Shown piece after piece: positions 45,545 through 55,563 of a stretch of 64,000 nt of DNA. A model generated the notes under the pieces. The model ran no database searches, had not been told where the DNA came from, and saw only the letters and a list, made by a program, of their open reading frames with translations. Source of the DNA: Hyaloraphidium curvatum SAG 235-1 (Eukaryota > Fungi > Monoblepharomycota). The translations under genes were made by a program, and so were the position numbers. How positions within the stretch are numbered: the stretch's first letter is position 1; the number at the start of each line of letters is the position of its first letter. Location of the stretch: the NCBI GenBank assembly GCA_025558095.1, contig JAIVFI010000003.1:124001-188000 (forward strand), written 5' to 3'.

Positions 45545-46931
45545 ATGCGGAGACCGCGGTGGACGCGTCCCCGCCACGGCGTCCTCCGCATGCTTTTGGC
45601 ATTCTTCACGCGGCTGCTGAGCCTGCGGAGGTGGCCGCCGCTGGCGCTCTTTCGGCGGATAGCCGCGCTGCTGAACCTGCTGCCCGAACGGAGGCGACAC
45701 CGCGAAGGCCTGCTTTCAAAGGACAAACACGACGATCAAGACGACGATGAGAGCACATTCTCGCTGTCGCTCATGTCTTTTGCGTGGCTTGCCGGACTGC
45801 TCTTTGCCTTTTTCGCGATCCGCGGATGGCTGTCTCCCGCGTTGCCGCCGATCCTCCCCGGCGACGCGGCCTGGGCCGAGAAGCTCTTCCCCGCCGGCGT
45901 GCCGAACATGGTGATCGTCACCCCGGTGCTCTTCCCCAAGGGCGCCCCGGAGCACGTGGAACGGACGCTCGCAAACCACGAGGCCTACGCGCAAAGGCAC
46001 GGCTACGGCCGCGTGGTGCTGTCGGAGGACATGGTGCCGCATTTCGCGCACGCGGACGAGATGGTCGCGCGGCCGAGGCACCCCGTGTGGTACAAGATCA
46101 CCGGGGCCATGTTCGTCCTGCGTGCGCTGCGGGCCGCAGAGGGCCGGGACCCGGCCAAGCGGACGTGGCTCTGGCTCCTGGACTCGGACACGGTCTTCAC
46201 CAACATGTCCATGTCTTTCTTTGACGCGCTGCCGGAGCTAAAGGAGCGTCCACGGCGGTGGGAGACGGTCCTGAGCAAGGACATGAACGGGCTGAACGCG
46301 GGGAGCTGGATCGTGGCGGCGGACGGGTGGAGCGAGCTGCTGCTGGACAGGGTGTGGAAGAACGAGGTCACGGGGAGTCTGTTCCGGGGTGGGCTGCCCG
46401 CTGTGCGCGCTGGCGGGGACCGGGCTCCTGACAGCGTACACGCGAGCAGAGCAGGAGGCGCTGAAGCAGATCTACGCCAACGATGCCAACGTCGGGTACA
46501 GGTTTCTGATCGTCGCGCAGCACCGCATCAACGCCTGTAGGCACACGAGGCTGCTCTTGTCGGGGACCTTCTTGCCTAGCGGCGCCCAAACCCCCCAGAT
46601 CCGGCAGACTACTGGAACATGATCGACTCGCGCAACTCCCGTCCTTGGAAGCCCGGAGACTACAGTGGGCTCCCGGATTCCCCCTTTCCCCGCCCATTGT
46701 CTCACGCGCTTCCCAGTCGTCCACTTCCCCAACTGCGACGGCCAACCCCCTCCCCGCCCCAACTGCACCGAGCGCACGCGGTACTACCTCCTCTCGGACG
46801 CCGAGCGGGTTGCGGACGACCAGAAGACGGGGAGGGCTGACAGGTGGGAGATGCAGAAGGCGGCGGCGGCGATGGTGGCCAAGGGTTTCAACCTGGAGGG
46901 GTTGTTGCCGAACAAGATCCCATTCAACTGA
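45545..46931 (+). CDS. GT34 glycosyltransferase (Mnn10/Gma12-like), 3 introns; start uncertain
   Basis: TM, YAQRHGY, WYKI, WLLDSD, DMNGLNAGSW, spliced EQEAL, INAY and GDYIVHFPNC. Confidence 0.88.
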
Positions 46932-47033
46932 TGCGTCGTTGCGGTGCGGGGGACCGTTGTCGTTCCATAATCCAAGGACAAGGCTAGGGCCCCATCTCTA
47001 GCTCTAAATCGGCCCCTCCGAATGCGTCGGCCA

Positions 47034-48752
47034 CTATACCTTGGCCTCCGACGAGGGGACTGCTCCTAGCTTCTCCGCTTTCTCACCGTAGAGCGCCTCG
47101 TAGCGCATCTCGAGCTCCGCTGCCTCTTCGTGCGACACGAGCCGCTGCGGCCCGCGGAACCACTTGCGGCCTGACGCGAACCAGCCGAGCACCGAAAGCA
47201 GCGTGATGGCGCCGATCATGACCGGAGCGACTGCGGGCGGTTAGCTGCCGGCTCGCGGCGGCATGCCAGAACGTCACTTACAGTTGAAGTTGGCCGGCGT
47301 GACGGGCCAGTACTGGGGCAAGCACAGCACGACGAACAGCACCGAGATCCAAAGGCACACGAACCACCCCAGCGGCTCGGATAGCTTGCCCAGGTTCCAC
47401 TCGCCCGGCTTGAACGCTGCACGTCCGACGGTGAGCTTGCCGAGCACGGGAATGATGTAGGAGGTGTCGACGGCGATCGTCGCGGCCGACGCGAGGGCGT
47501 AGAAGGCGATCGGCGAGCCCAGCACTGGCAGAAGGAGGAGGATGGAGAGCGCCGCGCACAGCCACTGAGCGCGGACGGGGAGCTTGGCGGCCGACATTTT
47601 GTGCCAGTAGTCGGAGAAGGGCAAGATCCGGTCCCGCGAGACGGCGTAGGTGATGCGGGAGATACTCATGGCGCAGGCCACGGTGCACATCCACGAGACC
47701 AGGAAGAGGAAGCACATGAAGGCCGCGGCGCCCTGCTGCCCCACGGTCTGAACAAAGAGCGTCGCGATGGGCTGGGGGTACTGGTAGGCGATGATCTCGT
47801 CCATGTCCTGGATGGAAAAGAGGAGCACGAGCAGCAGGGAAAAGGAGCCGATGAAGGCCATCCCTACGGCGGTGTACATGCCGCGGGAAGCCGTCTTGGC
47901 GGCGCCCTCGGTCTCTTCAGCGACGTGGGCCGAGGCGTCGTAGCCGTAGCTGGGCGAACGCGGTGATCAGCGGCTCCGTCATTGTGTGCGGCGGAGTTCG
48001 AGCACTTACAAGGTCCAGGCGGGGAACAGGAGGGCGATCAGCCACACGTAGGCCTTCCCGTTGGCCTCGCCGAACTGCTCCGTCGCCCCCGTGTAGTCCT
48101 GAAACTGCAGCATGATGGAGGCCGGCTGCCACTGGGGCACCTTGGCGGGCAGCCAGGTCATGAGCAGCACGAAGACGAGGATGTTCAATCCGGAGGAAAT
48201 GCGATAGAACCAGACCAGGAACTCCTCCGAAATCACGTTCATCAGGGTGGTCGTTACGCACCACACGCAGTCCAGGAGGAACTGCTTCCACAGAGCGTTG
48301 TCGTAGTCCGGGTTCAGGATCATGATGGCCGAGACGAGAAAGGTCGTGGCATTGTGGCACATGGCCGGGAAGGTGACGAGCCAGCCGCACCAGGACCACC
48401 AGGCGGTGAGCCACGAGAGGAAGGGGCCCCAGCGGTCGCCGCCGAGGCGCGCCGACCAGAAGTAAATTCCGCCGGCGGTGGGCATGGAGGAGCAGATTTC
48501 CGCGAGCACGAGGGCCGTGCACATCGCGCAGCAGCCGATGAGGATCCAGTTGATCCAGGCGGCCATGGGGCCGCCGGCAACCATGGCAAAGCCGAACATG
48601 GCCGGCAGGCCGTTGACAAAGGCGATAGTGGAGAAGGACGCGGCGAAGTTTTCGAAGACGCCGAGTTTGCGCTCGAATTCCTGCCGGTAGCCCAGTTTCG
48701 CGAGCTGCAGGGCGTCCTTGTCGACGTGCGCCGGCGTGTCGACGGGCTCCAT
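47034..48752 (-). CDS. APC-family amino acid/polyamine/GABA permease, 2 introns
   Basis: LGYRQEFER, AEICSSMPTAGG, YGYDASAHVAEET and YAVSRD. Confidence 0.92.
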
Positions 48753-49381
48753 GTCTTCAGGCCGCGTTCGCTGTTCCGGGAACGCTTCGAGAGTTGGGGT
48801 CGCGTGCGCTTGCGTGCGCGAACTGTATACGTCCGCACGGCCGCTGGGTGTTCCGGCGGGCGGAGAGGCGATTCAGCTCCACGTGCGCCGGTGCGTTCGC
48901 GCGCTGCAATGTGTTTGTGGTGTTCCCGGTGGCGTTCGGGGGATTGGGGATTCGGGGCCGACAGAAAACCGTGGACGGCTCCCGGATTTTTCCGACTGAC
49001 TTTGACTCGCAAAATTGCAGCACTTGACCTCCAACACCACACTTATTCAACTCTCAATGCTCTCACGACCTCAAGTAATGTTTTCCGCTTGCCGCCGAAG
49101 CGGCTTGTGCGGGATCTGGGCCTTCTGATTGGATTGAGTCAAGTGCCGAAGTTGTTGGGGGCAAAGCCAAATCACAAGCGAACTTGAAGGCACGGAGGTT
49201 AACATCGGAGGCAGTGGATGGATGCAACGCACATGAGAAGCCGGATGCTTCGGCTGGCAGCCTGTTCCGTACTTCGAAGCTAGAAGTCTGGGCTGTCGCG
49301 GCCGGATTGTTTGTTCTTTGTTTACAAGGCACCGTCTCCCTCAACAACTCCCTGTCCTTCTTCCAGCCCCCGGCAAAAGCG

Positions 49382-50698
49382 ATGGAGGCCAAGTCTCATG
49401 CCGCCGACATCATGTCCTCGGTTCCTGCGGGCTCACCCTGGGCGCGCTTCGACGTGGAGCGGTTCCTGGGCGACGTGAAGACCGTTGACCGCAAGGCTCG
49501 GAAGCTCGCGGACAAGGTCGTCGGCGCTTCGCCGGCGATCAAGCCGGCCCGCGACGTACTCATTGCCTCTGCGACGCTCGCCGAAGATCTCCGCGGGCTC
49601 GAGCTGCTGTGTGCCGCGTTCACGGGCCGGGTGAAGGACACGCCGCGTGCCGCGGTGGCCCACTGCTTCGCAGGGGCGGTGCCGAACGGCCCTGCGCCGC
49701 CCGAGCTGCAGAGCCGTGTGCTGCTCGCCGCATACCGCATCGTGGGGGGCACGGCGATCCGGCTCCTGTGCGCATACACAGACCCTGTGCTGCGCAAGCA
49801 TTGGGGCCTGGACGACCTTCGGGCTTGGTCCTACAAGGGCACCGACCAGGCCGCCGCAACCGCCAATTTTGACGTGGCTCGCCGCTCCTACAGCAAGGCG
49901 AGGTTGGACCGCGAGAACGCCTTTTTCGGCTGCTTCCGCAACCCCGCCCTGTTCTCCGCGCACCTGCTGCTCCAGCTCACCTGGTCGCCAGCTGTCAAGC
50001 AGCGGCTAGCAGAAAGCCCTGGACTGTTGGATCGCCTCGCGCTGGCTCCGCTCGCGGACCCTTCCTACTACGAGGTGACGATCCTCGCGGACCCGACCCT
50101 GAGCCAGCCATCGCTCGGTCCGGGGGGCATCATGCGCATCCCGGCCCGCGCCATCTGGGAAATGAGCGTTGGAACGGTGCAGCAAAACTCGCAGGTGTTC
50201 CTGGCCTTCTTTACGGATTTGGTGCGGCGAAAGGGCAAATCTTACCGGGCCCACCACGCCTCCCTGGTGCAGCGGGGCCTCACCCCGGCAGGAACCCTCG
50301 CCGCAGCCGTGCTGATGCGCTTTGCCTCGGCGGTGACCGAGTCCGGCCTCAAAGGCCACGACCTCCCCGTGGCGGGCATAACCGCCCAGTTTACCGCGGT
50401 CAGCATACTGCAGGCCCTCGCAGACGAGGGCGCCAGTGTGGACGCCAAAGCGGCTGACATGTTCGCGGGAGCGGCTCGGATGATCAAGCAGAACGACAGG
50501 GATGAGAACGGGGAGGCGATGGCGATGGACTGGTGCGACGCGTGCGGTGCAGGGGGGAAAGACGAGGAGCTCAAGCGCTGCGTGAGGTGCAAGGTCGCGC
50601 GATACTGCTCGCCGGCGTGCCAGAAGGCGGATTGGATCAAGGGGCACAGGGACGAGTGCGCGGACGCGATGTTGCCGGAACCGGCGCTGGGTTCTTGA
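49382..50698 (+). CDS. C-terminal MYND zinc-finger protein, intronless
   Basis: CDAC...LKRCVRCKVARYCSPACQKADW..HRDEC. Confidence 0.85.
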   Translation: MEAKSHAADIMSSVPAGSPWARFDVERFLGDVKTVDRKARKLADKVVGASPAIKPARDVLIASATLAEDLRGLELLCAAFTGRVKDTPRAAVAHCFAGAVPNGPAPPELQSRVLLAAYRIVGGTAIRLLCAYTDPVLRKHWGLDDLRAWSYKGTDQAAATANFDVARRSYSKARLDRENAFFGCFRNPALFSAHLLLQLTWSPAVKQRLAESPGLLDRLALAPLADPSYYEVTILADPTLSQPSLGPGGIMRIPARAIWEMSVGTVQQNSQVFLAFFTDLVRRKGKSYRAHHASLVQRGLTPAGTLAAAVLMRFASAVTESGLKGHDLPVAGITAQFTAVSILQALADEGASVDAKAADMFAGAARMIKQNDRDENGEAMAMDWCDACGAGGKDEELKRCVRCKVARYCSPACQKADWIKGHRDECADAMLPEPALGS

Positions 50699-50914
50699 GG
50701 ACATCATATTGAGGAATCACATCGATGTGGAGTTGAATTTTGTTGATCATTGTTGCATCTCATTGTCGAGCCAAATCGTTTCGTTGGTGTCGGACTCCCT
50801 GAGCGCCCCGAGGTCTCCGAGTGATGAGTTGACACGGCCAGCTTGTCGGAGTCCCCGCCCACAAACACGAGCAGGACATGAGCTTCTGTCAGCTTCAACT
50901 CGGCTGACACGGAC

Positions 50915-52281
50915 ATGCTCTCCTCGGTGCCCACAAACTCACCTTGGGCGCGTTTCGACGTGGCGCTGTCCCTCCGCGACGTCCGGGGACCGACCGGCGC
51001 GTCCGCTCCCAGCTCGAAACTCTCCTGGGCGCCCTGCCTGCCATGGACTTTCCGATGGCGGTCCCTCCCCATGCACGCACAGCCTCTGATGACATTGCGA
51101 GGGAGATGGACTACCTGTCGGGCCTCGTCGCGGCGGTGTTCGGGGGCCTTTCCGGAGACGCCTCCCGGCTTCCTGTCGCGCACTGCTTCCCCGACGGCGT
51201 TGCGCCGGACGATCCCGCACCGCCCTCGTTGCTCAGCCGTCTGCTTCTGGCCGCGTTCCGCATCGTCGGCTTAGTCGCCATCAGGGTGTTTTGCGCCTGG
51301 ACCGATCCGGATCTTCGGAGCAAGTGGGGGTGCGAGGACCTCCGCATCTGGAGCCTGCACGGCGCCGAACGCGACATCATCGCTTCTAACCTCGAGGCCA
51401 AGCGCAAGTCCTACGACGGGTCCCAGTGGGGACCCATGATGCGCTTCACGGGTGCTACAAGCTCCCGCCCGCCACCCACTCGTGCAGCCTGCTGGCGCAG
51501 CTCGCCCATTCGCCAGCAGTGAAGCAGAGGCTCGCGGAGAACACGGGCCTGATGGACCGTCTCATCCTCGCGCCGCTTGGCGACGTGAACTTCGTGACCG
51601 TCACCCTGCTTGCCGATCCCAGCTACGACGGCCCTCACAGCACTAATTCGGACGTGCGGGTCCCCGCGCGCGCCACCTGAGCCTCGCAGAAGGACCTGGA
51701 CGCGGTCTCTGGACCGCCAACTCCTTCATCACCCCCTTCCGCGACCTCCTGCTCCGCAAGGGCAAGACCTACAGGGCGCACTGCTGTGCGAAGGTGGCGC
51801 GGGGCCAGACGCCGGCCGCATACATCACCCCCTCGGCGCTCATGCGGTTCGGTGCGGCGGCCATGGTCATTTCCACGGAGGATGACGACGACGAACCCGT
51901 CCTAATGGATGCAGTGCCGCTGCGGCTCCTTGCCGTTGGGCTTCTGCAGTACCTGGGGGACGAATCGCAGTCCGATCGGGATCCCGCGAAGGAGTTCACC
52001 CGCTATGATCCCGACCACGACCTCGTGAAGGATTTCGTCGACGTGGATCTCGACATGCGCGAGGAGGAGAGGGCGGCTGGTGCGACGCGTGTGACGTGGG
52101 GGAGAGGGCTGAGAAGCTCAAGCGATGCGCGAGATGCAAGGTCGCGCGATACTGCTCGGCGGCCTGTCAGAAGGCGGACTGGGGGAAGAGGCACAAGGTG
52201 GAGTGCGTGGATGCCACGTTGCCGGATCCGGTCGAAGATTGGGGTGCGGCCGACGCCGCCCGCTGGGAGTTTCCGCAGTAG
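50915..52281 (+). pseudogene. Tandem MYND paralog with several frameshifts and a premature stop
   Basis: MLSSVPTNSPWARFDV vs MSSVPAGSPWARFDV; PVAHCF; LLLAAFRIVG; TGA where the paralog has Trp at ~51678; MYND lies in a shifted frame. Confidence 0.85.
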
Positions 52282-53023
52282 AGCCCTCTTGAAAATCCGA
52301 AGCGTACTTTCTGTCAGCAGTCAATAATGATAGCAGATTTGATTTGCCGGACCAAGACGCAGCTAGATACAAGAAGATTGATCAACTCCACTGCACTGTC
52401 CATCCGATCGGCAATTCCTCCAATCGGGCTCGATCCACTTGGTCGCCCGCCTTATTCAAGACGATGTGGCAGGACCCTTCGACAATGCTGGAGGATGAGC
52501 GCCTGCCCCCCCGGACTCGGATATGGGTAGCGTCCTTCGTGGCTTCGGCCTTGAAGGTGCGCGAGAAGAAGACCGATCCGGAGCTCTGAAACGCCAAGCG
52601 GCGATGGCGAAATGGATTTGACGGAAAGGAAATGACGGCGGAAACAGCGCTTTGGCGCGATAACCTAGTGGCATCGATCTACCTCGTGTATTGCGACGCC
52701 GACGGAAAATACCAGACCAGACCAGACCAGATCCACGGCAGCGGCACCAGATCGCGCTCGCAATATGTGGCGTTGACGTTCGATTTCCCGGCAGCGTCTG
52801 GCGCCCAGCAGAAGGCCGGCTGCAGGCTGGGTGGGGAAGCAGGGGTATTCAAGTTATTATGTATAGCGACCGAAAAGACCGATGATCGGGCTTCGCACCA
52901 GCTTTCAGTTCGCCGCACTCACGCTTTCAACCCTCTCTACTTGGCTCTAGCCTGCACAGATTTCTGATTCGTAGGACGCCGTGCAAATCGGAAAGGGGAA
53001 ATGGGTGACGTCAACCTTCACTT

Positions 53024-54027
53024 CTACTCTCCTGGGGCTACAGACCTCATCCAGAAACCATCACGACTTTCTACTCGTGAGACAACATCTTCGAGACAAA
53101 CTCGTCGACGGCGTCGAAAAAGCTCGGCCCACGCAGCTCGTCCTCCTCCTGGAGCAATCAAGCGCATCAGATCATGGTGAAGCCCCTTCAGCGCCGATCC
53201 CACCTCGATCCCGGCGAGGTCGGGCTTGACGTCGACGGGCTCCCCGACGTCGCGCACTGGGCCGAGCAGCTCGGGGAAGCAAGGCACGATGCGCGAGGAC
53301 CATTCCTCGAACTCGGCAGGGTAGAGGATCGAGGTGGCAGCCCTGTCGCCCAGATCGACGTCCGAACCCCTGAAGACGGAGGCGGTCGGCATTGGAGAGA
53401 GCACGGCGCGGGAGCAGATCGCATTACCTGGTCTCCATGACGAACTTGATCGTCAGCCTCACGATATCCCCGAGGTGATCGGACCCCAGCAGCTTCTCCC
53501 CGACCACCAGCTTCCTCTCCCGCGAGCCGGCGCCGTACACGCGGCGGTTGACGAGCAGCTCCACGGCTTTGGTGATCGGGATGGGCCGCGAGCGGAGGTG
53601 CACGGACGAGGGGGCCGGGAGGGGGAGGTCGTGTGGCTCGAGGGGGTCGATCGCGCGGCGGCGGGGCCGGGCGGGCTGGGGCGCGTGGCCCATCGTCGGC
53701 GTCTCGGCTGCGTGATTGGATGCCGTCACCGCGGCGGAGCTCCTTGTCGAGCGGCGGATGGGCGGCGCCGCGTTGCCGGCCAGGGCGGATGCCACCGCCG
53801 CTGCCCTCCTCGGCCGGCCGCGGTTCCCCTTTGCCGTCTGCTTCTCCTCCACCTCCGTACCCTGTGTCGCCGCGCCGACAAACGCTCCAGGCGAGCTTCC
53901 GTACAGGAGCAGTCCCGCCGCCAGCGCCTTGTCGGCCTCCGGGACGGGCTTGCCGGCCTGGACCAGCCGGTGCAGCTTTTCGAGCTGGTTGCTGAGCAGG
54001 GCGGCGACGTGGTCTTGCGGAGACATG
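53024..54027 (-). CDS. Hypothetical protein (two consecutive ORFs, possibly spliced or degraded)
   Basis: Coding-like codon usage in 53424-54027 and 53024-53404; junction unresolved; no domain recognised. Confidence 0.35.
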
Positions 54028-54484
54028 GACAGCCTCGGATGCGCTTCGGAGGTGGAAGGTGGGGCGGGTGGCGTGATGGGGGACAGTCGGAACGTCGAGC
54101 CGATACACTGGGGATGCCACGTCATCCTCACTTTGAAGGCTCGACGGTCGGACTCTCGCCTTGAATAATCAATCTGGCAAAGATTCGCAAGGACATATCT
54201 TAGTGCAAAGGCGTCCGGCTGGCGGCGACAATTCTGGCGGCCGGATGGATGGCCTCGCCGCACCCCCAGCGAGCGACAGGGGGAAGAACCGGATTTGCCT
54301 CGCACAAGGCCGGCGGAGGTACGTCCCACTAGGATTCCGTGTCCAGCTCATTCATCCGTATCAATGCGGAGTCCAATCCAGACTGCGCTCAGTAAAATTG
54401 TGCCGTGCTCTGCTGGTGGTCGTCGGAGTCCTTCCGCAGTTGTTCCGCGGTCGGCCACCACGGTGTCCCCCACATCGTTCCAAC

Positions 54485-55127
54485 ATGGAGTCCCTCGTCG
54501 ACCGCTACGAGAGCGCACTCGCGTCGCACGACTTCCTCGTCGTGACGTTCTACCGCGGGCGCTGGTGACCCTGGTGCATCGTGCGCTCTCCGGGTTGCCC
54601 TTCCCCCCACGCCGCTGACCGCACCGCCGCAGATGTTCCTCCGGCTGCTGGACCGCGAACGCGCGGCCATCGAGGCGGTCGGCGGGCACATCTTTGCCGC
54701 CGTGTCGTCCGAGCCTCTGGCGCGCGTCGAGCGGGCCCGCGGGGAGTTCGCTGTCGGCTTCCCGCTCGAGTCGGACCCGGCGCACGCGCTGGCCGCGCAC
54801 CTCCGCGCCAAGGGCGTGATCGACCTCGTTATTTCCCCGCCGCCCGCCGTGCTCTCGGAGAAAATCAGGGCGGAATACGAGCACGGGATGGTGCAGCCCG
54901 GGATCGCCTTTGTGGCGCGGGACGGCACCGTGATCCTGGCCGAGGCCATAGTGCCCGCCTCGGAGAACAGGGGCGGTGCATCGCACCGTCCGCTGCCCGC
55001 GGACCTGTGGAAGGCCGCGAAGGAGGCGATCGAGGCGTACAGGGCCGACCCCGTGGGGTTCAAGGCCGCGCCGCTGCGCGAGGTGAGGAGGATCGAGGTG
55101 CTGGACAAAGCTCTGAGTCGGCTGTGA
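54485..55127 (+). CDS. Selenoprotein: AhpC/TSA peroxiredoxin-like with UxxC; exons 54485-54580 and 54633-55127; Sec TGA at 54566-54568; C-terminal SRL
   Basis: VVTFYRGRW-TGA-PWC matches FYRGxWCPxC. Phase-0 intron GTGCGC..GCTGAC..CAG. Downstream AVSSEP, FPLESDP and QPG are family-typical. SECIS lies downstream. Confidence 0.9.
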
Positions 55128-55195
55128 TCGGATCGCCTGGCTCGGTGGGATGATAAGACGGGCCGCGTGCATGTCGTGGTTCCCGTGTCGAGCGG

Positions 55196-55261
55196 ACTGC
55201 AGGCTTATGATCGCCGTTCCGGAGACCTACTAGGACGGGGCGCGCGGGATGGAAAAGCAGT
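55196..55261 (+). promoter_or_regulatory. SECIS element (form 2-like)
   Basis: Helix I ACTGC/GCAGT; core ATGAT (55207-55211) / GGAT (55247-55250); 10-bp helix II CGCCGTTCCG / CGGGGCG(C)GCG; apical GAGA bulge plus mini-stem CCT-act-AGG. Confidence 0.8.
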
Positions 55262-55563
55262 GCGGCCGTGCTCCGGGAAACACGATGGCATGCAGGTCAT
55301 GTGCGCACACAGCTGTTTTTTTGGCTTTAGGGGCGAGAAAATCGCTCGAGCGGAGTTGGAAAACGAGACGAGCGGAGTCACCAGGCGTCCCCGCTCTCCC
55401 AATCCGTTCCTGCCCACCCCATCAAACGGACACGGTCGGGCCGGCGGGAGCAGCGACGCCGTCTCCGCCATCACCCGTCATTGGACGTCGCGCCCGCGGC
55501 ACGCGCTCTCCGCCGCGGCCGCCGCCTGTCGGACTTTTCGAGGTTGCACGGGTCCGAACCGCG

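Noticed and set aside
51670-51690. In-frame TGA in the MYND duplicate as a second Sec codon
   Set aside because: It aligns to Trp (TGG) in the paralog and the gene has several frameshifts; no SECIS seen.
52344-52967. Short ORFs and an (ACCAG)4 microsatellite
   Set aside because: No recognisable domain and weak codon bias.
55149-55160. First ATGA in the 3' UTR as the SECIS core
   Set aside because: I found no matching helix II or GA partner; the ATGA at 55207 forms the full structure.
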